From the NCBI RefSeq assembly GCF_965262185.1, contig NZ_OZ253498.1, forward strand, positions 939,820 through 1,003,819: 64,000 bases of DNA. Direction: 5' to 3'. The DNA comes from Candidatus Pelagibacter sp. (GTDB taxonomy: Bacteria > Pseudomonadota > Alphaproteobacteria > Pelagibacterales > Pelagibacteraceae). A program made the position numbers and the translations under genes. Below the pieces are notes generated by a model. That model was given only the letters and a program-made list of their open reading frames with translations. It was not told the DNA's origin and did not search any database. Positions 18,383 through 28,169 of this stretch are shown here, in pieces; position 1 is the first letter of the stretch, and each line of letters starts with the position of its first letter.

Positions 18383-19609
18383 ATGTTAAAAAATATAGTT
18401 AAAGATTTAAAACCATCTTCTACGCTAGCAATTAATGAGGCTTCAAAAAAGCTGGAAGATGAAGGAAAAAAAATATTTAAATTTGGTTTTGGACAATCAC
18501 CTTTTAAAGTTCCACAAGACGTAGTAGAGGAGCTTAAAAATAATGCGTATCAAAACAAATATTTACCCATGCAGGGCCTTTCAGAGCTAAGACAGTCTGT
18601 TGCAAAATACACATCAAATAAAAAAAATTATGAATATAATTCTGAAAATGTCATTATAGGACCAGGCTCTAAAGAGTTGATGTTTTTACTTCATGTAATA
18701 TTCGATGGTGAAATTATATTGCCTGCACCTAGTTGGGTTTCTTACGCGCCACAAGCGATATTAGGAAGAAACAAAGTTCAAATTTTACAAACAAAAAGAG
18801 AAAATAATTGGTTCCCTACAGCTCAAGAAATAGAGGAAATAATATTAAAAGATAAATATAAAAATTATTTATTATTTTTAAATTCCCCCAATAATCCTTC
18901 AGGGCAAGTTTGTGAAAATTTGGAAGAGATTTCTAATGTTGCAAATAAACATAATCTTATAATTTTATCTGATGAGATATATTCAGAACTAACTTTTATA
19001 AAAAATTATAAGTCTATCTCAAATATTTGTCCTGAAAAAACAATTATCAGTACCGGCCTAAGTAAATGGTGTGGAGCTGGTGGTTGGAGATTGGGATATT
19101 TTATTGTTCCAGAGAGCTTAAATGACATAAAAAACATGATTAATGTTTTAGCCAGTGAAACTTTTTCAGCAGTAAGTGCTCCTATCCAATATGCTGCAAT
19201 AAAAGCTTATGAAAACAATCATAGCGAATACATTAATAAATCTAAAAATATTTTAAAGGCTGTCGGCAATTATGTTTATCAAAATTTAAAATCAAACAAA
19301 ATTTTAATTAATGAATCTCAAGGAGGTTTTTATTTAATGCCTGAATTTTTAAATTTTAAATTTAAAACTTCATCAGAAATGTGTCAAAATATTTTAAAAG
19401 AAACAGGTGTTGCATTATTACCTGGATCAGATTTTGGATTTAATGAAAGTAAAATGCTAGCAAGATTAAGCTTTACTGATTTTGATGGAGAAAAATTTAT
19501 GAGTAGAATTAAGGAAGATCAATCTATTGATTTCGATATTATTGAAAAGTTAGCACCAAAGGTTGTAGAAGGTGTTGATAATTTAAAAAAATGGTCAGAA
19601 AATCTTTAA
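18383..19609 (+). CDS. class I/II pyridoxal-phosphate aminotransferase
   Basis: 408 aa with NSPNNPSG, the LSDEIY motif and the PLP-lysine context GLSKWCGAGGWRLGY. It abuts the previous stop with zero gap. Confidence 0.85.
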   Translation: MLKNIVKDLKPSSTLAINEASKKLEDEGKKIFKFGFGQSPFKVPQDVVEELKNNAYQNKYLPMQGLSELRQSVAKYTSNKKNYEYNSENVIIGPGSKELMFLLHVIFDGEIILPAPSWVSYAPQAILGRNKVQILQTKRENNWFPTAQEIEEIILKDKYKNYLLFLNSPNNPSGQVCENLEEISNVANKHNLIILSDEIYSELTFIKNYKSISNICPEKTIISTGLSKWCGAGGWRLGYFIVPESLNDIKNMINVLASETFSAVSAPIQYAAIKAYENNHSEYINKSKNILKAVGNYVYQNLKSNKILINESQGGFYLMPEFLNFKFKTSSEMCQNILKETGVALLPGSDFGFNESKMLARLSFTDFDGEKFMSRIKEDQSIDFDIIEKLAPKVVEGVDNLKKWSENL

Positions 19610-19693
19610 AATCAGCCTATACATCTATTATAATTTTTTGGTAATATTAATTAATAAAAAATAACGACATATAATTATAGAGAGGGAAAAATA

Positions 19694-20698
19694 ATGAAAA
19701 AAATAATCACATCCCTATCAAGTGCTTTACTGATTTTATTTGCATCACTGTCATTAACTACAGTTGCTAAATCGGCTGAGTTCTTTACGATAGGAACTGG
19801 TGGACCTACTGGAGTATATTTCCAAACAGGTAACGCTATATGTAAAATGCTTCATAAATCAGCAATTAGTGCTGAGCACGGTAGAAAAAAAGGTACAGCT
19901 AAAGCGTATAGATGTACTGCTCCATCGACAGGTGGTTCAAACTACAATATTGGACAAATAGCAGCTGGAGAATTTCAATTTGGAGTAGCTCAATCTGACT
20001 GGCAATATCACGCAGTGAATGGTTCAAGCAAATGGGAAGGAAAACAGTTTAGTGATTTGAGAGCTGTGTTTTCAGTTCACAACGAACCTTTTCAAATTTG
20101 GGCTAGAAAAAAAGCAAGAGTTAAAGATTTTGCAGACTTAGAAGGTAAAGTAGTAAACATTGGTAACCCTGGTTCTGGTCAAAGAGGAACTATGGAAGAA
20201 CTAATGAAAGCTATGGGTGTTGATAATAGTTTCTTTAAATCAACGACAGAGTTAACTTCTTCAGAGCAAGTGAAAGCTTTATGTGATGGTAAAATTGATG
20301 CATTTGGTTATTCAGTTGGATTTCCAAATGGTGCAATGGAACAAGCAGCAACTTGTGCCGCTAAAGCTTCTCCAATCAATTTGACTGGACCAGAAGTTCA
20401 AGGCTTAATTGATGGTGCTGATTATTATGCACAGGCTGTAATTCCTAAAGGTACTTATACTAATCAGAAAAAAGATGCTACTACATTTGGTGTTAAAGCA
20501 ACTGTGGTAACTTCGGCTGATGTTTCTGAAGAATTAGTGTACTTAGTTACAAAAGCAGTTTTTGAAAACTTTGATGATTTCAAAAAACAACATCCAGCAT
20601 TTGGATTTTTGGAAAAGAAAAACATGATTAAAGATGGTTTATCTGCTCCACTACATCCTGGTGCAGTTAAATATTATAAAGAAGCTGGATTAATGTAA
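19694..20698 (+). CDS. TRAP transporter solute-binding protein, TAXI family
   Basis: 334 aa with a signal peptide, IGTGGPTGVYFQ and the C-terminal LHPGAVKYYKEAG signature of TAXI receptors. Confidence 0.87.
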   Translation: MKKIITSLSSALLILFASLSLTTVAKSAEFFTIGTGGPTGVYFQTGNAICKMLHKSAISAEHGRKKGTAKAYRCTAPSTGGSNYNIGQIAAGEFQFGVAQSDWQYHAVNGSSKWEGKQFSDLRAVFSVHNEPFQIWARKKARVKDFADLEGKVVNIGNPGSGQRGTMEELMKAMGVDNSFFKSTTELTSSEQVKALCDGKIDAFGYSVGFPNGAMEQAATCAAKASPINLTGPEVQGLIDGADYYAQAVIPKGTYTNQKKDATTFGVKATVVTSADVSEELVYLVTKAVFENFDDFKKQHPAFGFLEKKNMIKDGLSAPLHPGAVKYYKEAGLM

Positions 20699-20721
20699 TC
20701 TAAGTTTTTTAATTTTTAAAA

Positions 20722-20752
20722 GGCCTGGTAATTTTTACCGGGCCTTTTTTTT
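20722..20752 (+). terminator. rho-independent terminator/attenuator between the TAXI receptor and permease genes
   Basis: Stem ggcctggta/taccgggcc (one G-U pair), 5-nt loop and a T8 tail. Confidence 0.8.
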
Positions 20753-20770
20753 ATGGTATGAATATTTCTT

Positions 20771-23092
20771 ATGAGCGATTCAATTAGCGCCAATATAAAA
20801 AATAAAATAAGCGAAGATTTATCACCAACTAGAAACATTACTGGATTTCATTTAAAAGTAGTTTCTGCCATAGCTATCATTTGGTCCTTATTTCAACTTT
20901 GGTACGCATCACCATTTCCATTTATGTTAAATATTGGAATGTTCAAAGGTTTGCCTGCGAGAGCAATACATTTAGGATTTGCATTAACTTTAGCATTTTT
21001 AATCTACCCAGTAGCAAAAGGAAAAAAAATTTCATTTTTTGATATTATTATAAGTTTTGTTGGTGCTTTTTCTTGTCTCTATATTTATTTTTTTTATGAT
21101 CAATTAGTAGAGAGGGGTGGTGTCCTTTTAAGTTTGAAAATCACTAATACATTCAATTTTCCAGTAGAATTAATTTTAGGAGGATGTGGTATTTTAATTC
21201 TTTTAGAGGCCACAAGAAGAGCAATTGGATTACCTTTGGTAATCATTGCAACTTGTTTTTTATTATTTTCATATTTTGGTAGGTATGCACCAGAGATAAT
21301 TTCTCATGGAGGCTTGTCTTTAAATAGATTGGTAGGATTTCAATGGTTGGATCAAGAGGCAATATTTGGAATTCCTATTGGGGTTTCCGTAGATTTTATT
21401 TTTCTATTTGTGTTATTTGGTGCCTTACTTGAAACAGCAGGTGGTGGTAAATATTTTTTAGATTTAGCCTTTGCGATGGTTGGTAAAATGAGAGGTGGAC
21501 CAGCCAAAGCCGCAATTCTAGGTTCAGGAATGACTGGCTTAATCTCAGGATCATCAATTGCTAATACCGTAACTACTGGAACATTTACCATTCCAATAAT
21601 GAAAAAAACAGGTTTCTCTAAAGAAAAGGCAGGTGCAATCGAAGTTTCATCATCTGTAAATGGACAAATAATGCCGCCTGTGATGGGTGCCGCAGCATTT
21701 GTAATGGCAAGTTTTATTGGAGTAACTTATTTTGAAATAGTTAAACATGCTTTTTTGCCTGCAATTATTTCCTATATTGCTTTATTTTATATATCTCACC
21801 TAGAAGCTCTAAAATTAAATCTTAAAGGAATGGACGATGCTGATGTTCCTAATTTGAAAAAAACATTTTTATCTGGAATTCACTTTTTAATTCCTATTTT
21901 TGTTTTAATTTATACTCTTGTTTATTTAAGGTTTACTGCTTCGTATTCAATTTTTTATGCAACAATTACTTTAATTTTAGTAAATCTAATCAATTTAATT
22001 ATTAAAAATAATTATTCTAAAGACTCCTTTAAAGAATGGTTTAATCAAACAATCGTTGGTTTTGAAAAAGGAGCATTAAATATGGTAGCAGTTGGCATTG
22101 CAATTGCTACAGCTGGTATAATAGTAGGTGCAGTTGGCTCAACAGGCTTAAGCACAAACTTAATTATTGTTATCGAGTCTATTGCTAAAGATAACGTCAC
22201 AATACTATTATTTTTAACAATAATTTTATGTTTATTGTTAGGAATGGGTTTACCAACTACAGCAAACTATGTTGTGGTTGCATCTTTGATGGCAACTGTT
22301 TTAGTTGATGTTGGAAATGCATCTGGGTTTATTTTTCCACTTATAGCAGTTCATTTATTTGTTTTTTATTTTGGACTAATGGCAGATGTAACACCTCCAG
22401 TAGGACTAGCTTCTTATGCAGCTGCAGGAATATCTGGAGGAGATCCATTAAGAACTGGAGTTCAAGCTTTCTGGTATAGTTTAAGAACAGGAATATTGCC
22501 AATAGTCTTTTTATTTAATCATGAACTTTTACTTATTGGTATTGAAAGTATCTGGCATGGACTAATTGTTATTATAACTTCATTAATTGGAATTTTAGTT
22601 TTTACATCAGCGACACAAGGATGGTTTGTAAATAAGCTTAAATGGTACGAGATTATTATTTTTTTAATCATTTCTATTTCTTTGTTGTCCCCAGATTTTG
22701 TTTTAAATAAATTTTTTCCAAAATATAATTATGAAGAAATTAGTAAAATAAATTCATTAAAATTAGATTCCGAAAAAGAAATTCAAATTAAAATAACAAG
22801 ACCTAGTTTATATGGGGAAAGATATAAACTTTTTGTAATATCAAAAAATACATTTGAGGATCATTTTACTCTAGAGGATTATGGGATTACTTTATTAGAG
22901 CAGGATGAAAAAATAATAGTTGATAATTTAAAATGGAATGGAGAAGCAAAAAAAAATGGTTTTGAAATGGGAGATTATATCAGTGAATTCAAAATTGAAA
23001 ATTCTGATAGACCATCGAAAAATATAGTTTATCCAATTGCATTAATTTTATTAATTATTTGTGGATATTTTAATATTAGAAGAAAGGAATGA
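20771..23092 (+). CDS. TRAP transporter fused 4TM/12TM permease (TAXI-associated) with extra C-terminal domain
   Basis: 773 aa polytopic protein of the fused DctQM-like type. It has an additional ~120-aa soluble segment plus a terminal TM helix at the C-terminus. Confidence 0.85.
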   Translation: MSDSISANIKNKISEDLSPTRNITGFHLKVVSAIAIIWSLFQLWYASPFPFMLNIGMFKGLPARAIHLGFALTLAFLIYPVAKGKKISFFDIIISFVGAFSCLYIYFFYDQLVERGGVLLSLKITNTFNFPVELILGGCGILILLEATRRAIGLPLVIIATCFLLFSYFGRYAPEIISHGGLSLNRLVGFQWLDQEAIFGIPIGVSVDFIFLFVLFGALLETAGGGKYFLDLAFAMVGKMRGGPAKAAILGSGMTGLISGSSIANTVTTGTFTIPIMKKTGFSKEKAGAIEVSSSVNGQIMPPVMGAAAFVMASFIGVTYFEIVKHAFLPAIISYIALFYISHLEALKLNLKGMDDADVPNLKKTFLSGIHFLIPIFVLIYTLVYLRFTASYSIFYATITLILVNLINLIIKNNYSKDSFKEWFNQTIVGFEKGALNMVAVGIAIATAGIIVGAVGSTGLSTNLIIVIESIAKDNVTILLFLTIILCLLLGMGLPTTANYVVVASLMATVLVDVGNASGFIFPLIAVHLFVFYFGLMADVTPPVGLASYAAAGISGGDPLRTGVQAFWYSLRTGILPIVFLFNHELLLIGIESIWHGLIVIITSLIGILVFTSATQGWFVNKLKWYEIIIFLIISISLLSPDFVLNKFFPKYNYEEISKINSLKLDSEKEIQIKITRPSLYGERYKLFVISKNTFEDHFTLEDYGITLLEQDEKIIVDNLKWNGEAKKNGFEMGDYISEFKIENSDRPSKNIVYPIALILLIICGYFNIRRKE

Positions 23093-23093
23093 A

Positions 23094-23519
23094 TTAACCA
23101 CCTGGACCTAAATTTGAAGGTTTAACTTTTAAAATTTTCCAAACTCCAGTTGCTGATGTTATAATTTTGTTGTTACATTTTAGCTCACAAAATAAAAATA
23201 TTAACGTATTTGTTTTTTTTAATATTTTTGTGTGACCAATAATTTCATCACCAACTTTTGAGGCACCAATAAATTTAATATCTAATGAAATAGTTACACA
23301 TGGAGCATTACCAGCAGATCTGTGAGCCGCAGTTCCTGCGCCTGCATCTATTAATGCTGATAGATAGCCTCCATGAGTTATTCCTGCAGCATTTAAGTGA
23401 TTTTCATTTATAGTAGATTTAAATTCATATTCAGTTTCAGAAATGTTTTTAAACAAAACACCTCCATTATGTTTCATGAAACCTGGGGTTAAACTTATTT
23501 GTTCAAACTCATTACTCAT
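23094..23519 (-). CDS. PaaI/hotdog-fold thioesterase
   Basis: Start set at MSNEFEQ. Hotdog motifs NAAGITHGGYLSALIDAGAG and the C-terminal ...ATGVWKIL. The upstream extension of the ORF is hydrophobic junk running up to the tRNA. Confidence 0.78.
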   Translation of the reverse strand: MSNEFEQISLTPGFMKHNGGVLFKNISETEYEFKSTINENHLNAAGITHGGYLSALIDAGAGTAAHRSAGNAPCVTISLDIKFIGASKVGDEIIGHTKILKKTNTLIFLFCELKCNNKIITSATGVWKILKVKPSNLGPGG

Positions 23520-23635
23520 AATATTTATAATACAATTGTTAATAGCAATAATAACAATGTAATAATTATAAAAAAGTAAATTACTGATTTTTGCAAAGAT
23601 GCTTTTAATAGCCAATCAATCATTTTTATCCTTTT

Positions 23636-23712
23636 TGGTGGACCGCCCAGAACTCGAATCTGGAATCTCCCGGTTCGTAGCCGAGCGCCTTATCCAATTT
23701 GGCCAGCGGTCC
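23636..23712 (-). tRNA. tRNA-Arg (anticodon ACG), CCA encoded
   Basis: The reverse complement gives acceptor stem GGACCGC/GCGGTCC, anticodon loop CTACGAA, T-loop GTTC(G)A-type and 3' ACCA. Length 77 nt. Confidence 0.93.
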
Positions 23713-23859
23713 AAAATTAATTTTATTAAAGATACTGTATTTTAAGGTTTTATTAACAAATTTTGTTCAATTAAAACACAGCTTTGCATAAAAAGATTAA
23801 TTAATGTGATAAAATAACATAAAAATATATTTTATTTGAGTGTATAAGCCTTTTTAATA

Positions 23860-26800
23860 ATGAACGAAAAACTACTTGTTCCTGACATTGGTGATTTTGA
23901 GAATGTTGAGGTAATAGAATTACTTGTAAAGCCTGGAGATACAATCAAAGAAAATGATCCAATAATTACAATTGAAAGTGATAAATCTAGTGTTGAAATC
24001 CCATCAACAATTTCAGGAAAAATTGATACCATTAATGTTAAAGTAGGTGATAAAGTTTCAAAAGGTGATTTACTTTTAAGTTTAAGCAATTCAACCAAAA
24101 GTCTTCCAGAGAGCAATCTTCCTAAAGATACAGAAAATATTATTAAACAAGCCGAGGAGGCTATGGCTGTGAATAAAGAGGAGCAGGTGAATGTTCCAGA
24201 GCCAGCTAAAGAAAAAAAACAATCTATAATTCAAGTTACAAATGGATTAGATGCAGATCCTTTAGAAACCCAAGATTGGTTAGAATCTTTATCTGCAGTA
24301 ATTTCAAAAGATGGAAATCAAAGAGCTCATTTTTTAATTAAGGAATTAATTAACAAAGCCTATCGTGAAGGAGCAAATATTCCTTACACCCAAAATACTC
24401 CTTATATAAATACAATTCCTCCTGAGGCTGAAATAAAATCAAATGGAGATCAAAATATTGAGAGAAGAATAAGATCTCTGATCAGATGGAATGCAGCCGC
24501 AATGGTAGTAAGAGCTAACAAAAAATTTCCAGAATTAGGTGGCCACATAGGAACTTTTGCATCTGCTGCAACTTTATATGATGTTGGAATGAATCATTTT
24601 TGGAGAGCAAAAAATAATAAATTTGGAGGTGATCTAGTATATTTCCAAGGACACAGCGCGCCTGGAATGTATGCTAGAGCATTTTTAGAGGGCAGATTAA
24701 CTGAGAAACAGTTAGATAGCTTTAGACAGGAAGTAAAACCCGGAGGATTATCTTCATATCCTCACCCATGGCTAATGCCAAATTTTTGGCAGTTTCCAAC
24801 TGTTTCGATGGGGTTAGGACCAATGCTTGCAATTTATCAAGCAAGATACATGAAATACTTAATTAATAGAGGATTGATTAAAGATGAGGGAAGAAAGGTC
24901 TGGGCTTTTTTAGGAGATGGTGAAATGGATGAACCAGAGTCCATGGGTGCAATTGGATTAGCAGCTAGAGAAAAATTAGATAATTTAATTTTTGTTATTA
25001 ATTGTAATCTCCAAAGACTTGATGGACCTGTAAGAGGAAATGGAAAAATAATACAAGAACTTGAAGGAAGCTTCAGAGGCGCTGGATGGAATGTAATAAA
25101 AGTTATTTGGGGTTCATACTGGGACTCGTTGTTAGCTAATGACAAAAGCGGTCAATTAGTAAAAATTATGAATGAAACTGTAGATGGTGAATACCAAGCT
25201 ATGAAAGCAAGAGATGGTGCATATGTGCGAGAAAAGTTTTTTGGAAAAAACCCAGATACTTTGGAGATGGTTTCATCTATGTCAGATAAAGATATTTGGA
25301 GATTAAATCGAGGAGGACACGATCCTCATAAGGTATATGCAGCTTATGATAAAGCAATTAAAAACCAAGGAAGTCCAACAGTAATTATTGCAAAAACAAT
25401 CAAGGGATATGGAATGGGAAAAACAGGTGAAAGTGTAAACACTACTCACCAAACTAAAAAATTAGATGTGGATGATCTTATGTATTATAGAGATCGTTTT
25501 GACGTTCCTCTAACTGATGAACAAGTTAGAAATATAGAATACTTTAGGCCTGATGAGAAATCTCCAGAGATTAGATACATAAAAGAGAGAAGACTTAAAT
25601 TGGGCGGTTATTTGCCAGAGAGATCAACTTTTGCAAAACCTATTAAAGCACCATCAAAAGATATTTTTGATTTTATGAAAGTTTCAACTGGTGAAAAAGA
25701 AATGTCTACTACAATGGCGTTAGTCAGAATGTTAACTAATTTGTTAAGAGATAAAAATATTTCACCTAGATTAGTTCCTATTATCCCAGATGAAGCAAGA
25801 ACATTTGGTATGGAAGGATTTTTTCAAAAAATAGGAATATACGCTCACGAAGGACAGAAATATGAGCCAGAAGATTCTGCACAACTAAGTTCTTATAGAG
25901 AAGAGAAAAGTGGACAGGTACTTGAAGAAGGAATCAATGAGGCAGGTGCGATGTCTTCTTGGATAGCAGCAGCAACGTCTTACACAAATCACGATATTGA
26001 AATGATACCAATATATATTTTTTATTCTATGTTTGGATTTCAAAGAATTGGAGATTTAGCTTGGGCTGCTGGAGATAGCCAGGCTAGAGGTTTTTTAGTT
26101 GGCGCAACAGCTGGAAGAACAACATTAGCAGGTGAAGGATTGCAACATCAAGATGGACATAGTCATTTGATTGCATCAACAATTCCTAATTGTGTAACTT
26201 ATGATCCTACATTTCATTATGAATTAGCAACTATTTTTAGAGAGGGTCTAAGAAGAATGCATGAAAAGAAAGAAAATGTTTTTTATTATATTACAATAAT
26301 GAACGAAAATTATTCACATCCTGAAATGCCTAAGGATAAAAATTGCGAAGAAGGAATTCTTAAAGGAATGTATAAGATAAAAGAATTTAACAAATATAAA
26401 AAAACAAAACTTCAACTTTTAGGCTCAGGAACAATATTAAGAGAGATGATGTCAGCAGCTGAAATTTTACAAAATGACTATCAAATTGATAGTGAAATAT
26501 GGAGTGTTACAAGTTTTAATGAGTTAAGAAAAGATGGAATGGAAGTTGAAAGATATAACCTTCTAAATCCAGATAAAACTCCTAAAAAATCATATGTAGA
26601 GCAATGTCTCGGAAGTACTGAAGGACCAATTATGGCAGCATCTGATTATATGAGAATGAATTCTGATCAAATAAGACCTTACACAAATAATAAGAGCTTT
26701 TATTCGTTAGGTGCAGATGGTTTTGGAAGAAGTGATACTAGAAAAAATTTAAGAAAATTCTTTGAGGTAGATAAAGAACATTTAGTTGCTTATGGATTAA

Positions 26801-26901
26801 GCATTTTAGCTAAAGAACAATTGATAGCTTCAAAATATGCGAAAGAAGCTATGAAAAAATACAAAATTGATGGCGATAAACCTATGCCAACAAAATTATA
26901 A
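23860..26901 (+). CDS. aceE: pyruvate dehydrogenase E1 component (homodimeric AceE type) with N-terminal lipoyl domain
   Basis: 1013 aa. Residues ~1-76 form a lipoyl domain (ITIESDKSSVEIPS). From ~aa 125 on it is AceE (DPLETQDWLESL, RIRSLIRWNAAAMV, GGHIGTFASAATLY, GDGEMDEPES). Confidence 0.92.
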   Translation: MNEKLLVPDIGDFENVEVIELLVKPGDTIKENDPIITIESDKSSVEIPSTISGKIDTINVKVGDKVSKGDLLLSLSNSTKSLPESNLPKDTENIIKQAEEAMAVNKEEQVNVPEPAKEKKQSIIQVTNGLDADPLETQDWLESLSAVISKDGNQRAHFLIKELINKAYREGANIPYTQNTPYINTIPPEAEIKSNGDQNIERRIRSLIRWNAAAMVVRANKKFPELGGHIGTFASAATLYDVGMNHFWRAKNNKFGGDLVYFQGHSAPGMYARAFLEGRLTEKQLDSFRQEVKPGGLSSYPHPWLMPNFWQFPTVSMGLGPMLAIYQARYMKYLINRGLIKDEGRKVWAFLGDGEMDEPESMGAIGLAAREKLDNLIFVINCNLQRLDGPVRGNGKIIQELEGSFRGAGWNVIKVIWGSYWDSLLANDKSGQLVKIMNETVDGEYQAMKARDGAYVREKFFGKNPDTLEMVSSMSDKDIWRLNRGGHDPHKVYAAYDKAIKNQGSPTVIIAKTIKGYGMGKTGESVNTTHQTKKLDVDDLMYYRDRFDVPLTDEQVRNIEYFRPDEKSPEIRYIKERRLKLGGYLPERSTFAKPIKAPSKDIFDFMKVSTGEKEMSTTMALVRMLTNLLRDKNISPRLVPIIPDEARTFGMEGFFQKIGIYAHEGQKYEPEDSAQLSSYREEKSGQVLEEGINEAGAMSSWIAAATSYTNHDIEMIPIYIFYSMFGFQRIGDLAWAAGDSQARGFLVGATAGRTTLAGEGLQHQDGHSHLIASTIPNCVTYDPTFHYELATIFREGLRRMHEKKENVFYYITIMNENYSHPEMPKDKNCEEGILKGMYKIKEFNKYKKTKLQLLGSGTILREMMSAAEILQNDYQIDSEIWSVTSFNELRKDGMEVERYNLLNPDKTPKKSYVEQCLGSTEGPIMAASDYMRMNSDQIRPYTNNKSFYSLGADGFGRSDTRKNLRKFFEVDKEHLVAYGLSILAKEQLIASKYAKEAMKKYKIDGDKPMPTKL

Positions 26902-28163
26902 TGTCAGATATTGAAATTAAGGTACCAAATATAGGAGATTTTAAAGATGTTGAGGTTATTGAGGTATTAGTAAAAAAAGGTCAATCAATTAAAAAAAATG
27001 ACCCTTTAATTACAATAGAAAGCGATAAGTCTAGCGTAGAAATACCATCTAGTTTTGAAGGTAAAATTTCTAACTTGAATATAAAAGTTGGAGATAAAGT
27101 ATCTGAAGGAGATTTAATTTTAACTTTAGAAAAGTCATCACAGATAAATCAAAAAGTTGAAGAGAAGCCAATAATAGAAAAAGAGTTTAAAAAAATTAAA
27201 GTAATAAAACCCGAAATTCAACAACAAACTACAGTTTTAAATAATGTATCTAACATTTCTTCAGCAAGCCCAAAAGCTAGAAAATTTGCTAGAGAACTCG
27301 GTGTAGATATAAATAAAGTTTTAGGAAGCGAGAGAGATGGAAGAGTAGTTGAAGACGATATCAAAAAATTTGTAGCATTAAGATCAAACAATAAAGTTGA
27401 AGTTGTTGAGGAAAAAAAACCAAACAAAATTAAAAATGAATTTGAGCATTCAGATTTTGGTGAAATAGAGATAAAAGATATACCAAGAGTAAAAAAATTA
27501 TCATCAAAGTATTTAACAAATTCATGGACCACCATACCTCATGTTACAAATCATGATGAGGCTGATATTACAGAAATGGAAAGCTTCAGAAATTCTTTGA
27601 CTGATATTTATACAGGAGAAAAAATTAAAATTACTCCTTTAGCATTTATTGTAAAAGCTTTAGTTGCTTCGTTAAAAAAATTCCCAAGTTTTAATTCTTC
27701 AATTGATGAAATTGAAACAGGTAAAATGACAATGAAAAAATATTACCATATAGGTATAGCTGTAGACACTCCAAATGGACTAATGGTTCCAAAAATTAGA
27801 AATGCTAATAATAAAAAAATTTCTCATATTAGTAGAGAGTTGAGGGAGGTAAGTGAGCTTTGTAGGAATTTAAAAATAGATAAAAAAGAATTGTTTGGTG
27901 GCTCAATGACCATTACTAGTTTGGGTGGAATAGGTGGGTCATTTTTTACACCAATAATAAATTATCCTGAAGTAGCAATTTTAGGAGTAGGAAGATCAGA
28001 GAAAAAACAAATTTATATAAATGGAAAGTTTCAAATTAGAACAATGCTACCGATTTCTTTGTCTTATGATCACAGAATCATTGATGGTGCTGAGGCTGCA
28101 AGATTTAACAATGACCTTAAAGAAAACCTAGGCAAAAATTTTGCTTATAAGCTAGCTGTATAA
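26901..28163 (+). CDS. aceF: dihydrolipoamide acetyltransferase E2 (single lipoyl domain)
   Basis: 420 aa with a lipoyl domain (ITIESDKSSVEIPS), a PSBD (SPKARKFARELGVDINKV) and a catalytic domain with SYDHRIIDGA. The ATG overlaps the aceE TAA (TAATG). Confidence 0.92.
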   Translation: MSDIEIKVPNIGDFKDVEVIEVLVKKGQSIKKNDPLITIESDKSSVEIPSSFEGKISNLNIKVGDKVSEGDLILTLEKSSQINQKVEEKPIIEKEFKKIKVIKPEIQQQTTVLNNVSNISSASPKARKFARELGVDINKVLGSERDGRVVEDDIKKFVALRSNNKVEVVEEKKPNKIKNEFEHSDFGEIEIKDIPRVKKLSSKYLTNSWTTIPHVTNHDEADITEMESFRNSLTDIYTGEKIKITPLAFIVKALVASLKKFPSFNSSIDEIETGKMTMKKYYHIGIAVDTPNGLMVPKIRNANNKKISHISRELREVSELCRNLKIDKKELFGGSMTITSLGGIGGSFFTPIINYPEVAILGVGRSEKKQIYINGKFQIRTMLPISLSYDHRIIDGAEAARFNNDLKENLGKNFAYKLAV

Positions 28164-28169
28164 TCAAAA

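Noticed and set aside
23520-23615. N-terminal extensions of several ORFs: thioesterase 23520-23615, gltD 29944-30006, J-protein 53913-53954, aroK 55785-55847, secreted protein 55954-55998, HIG1 7049-7129.
   Set aside because: The extensions are hydrophobic or low-complexity, overlap neighbouring genes or promoters, and are absent from the conserved N-termini of the families. Internal Mets give canonical starts (e.g. Walker A right after the aroK start, and a signal peptide at 55999).
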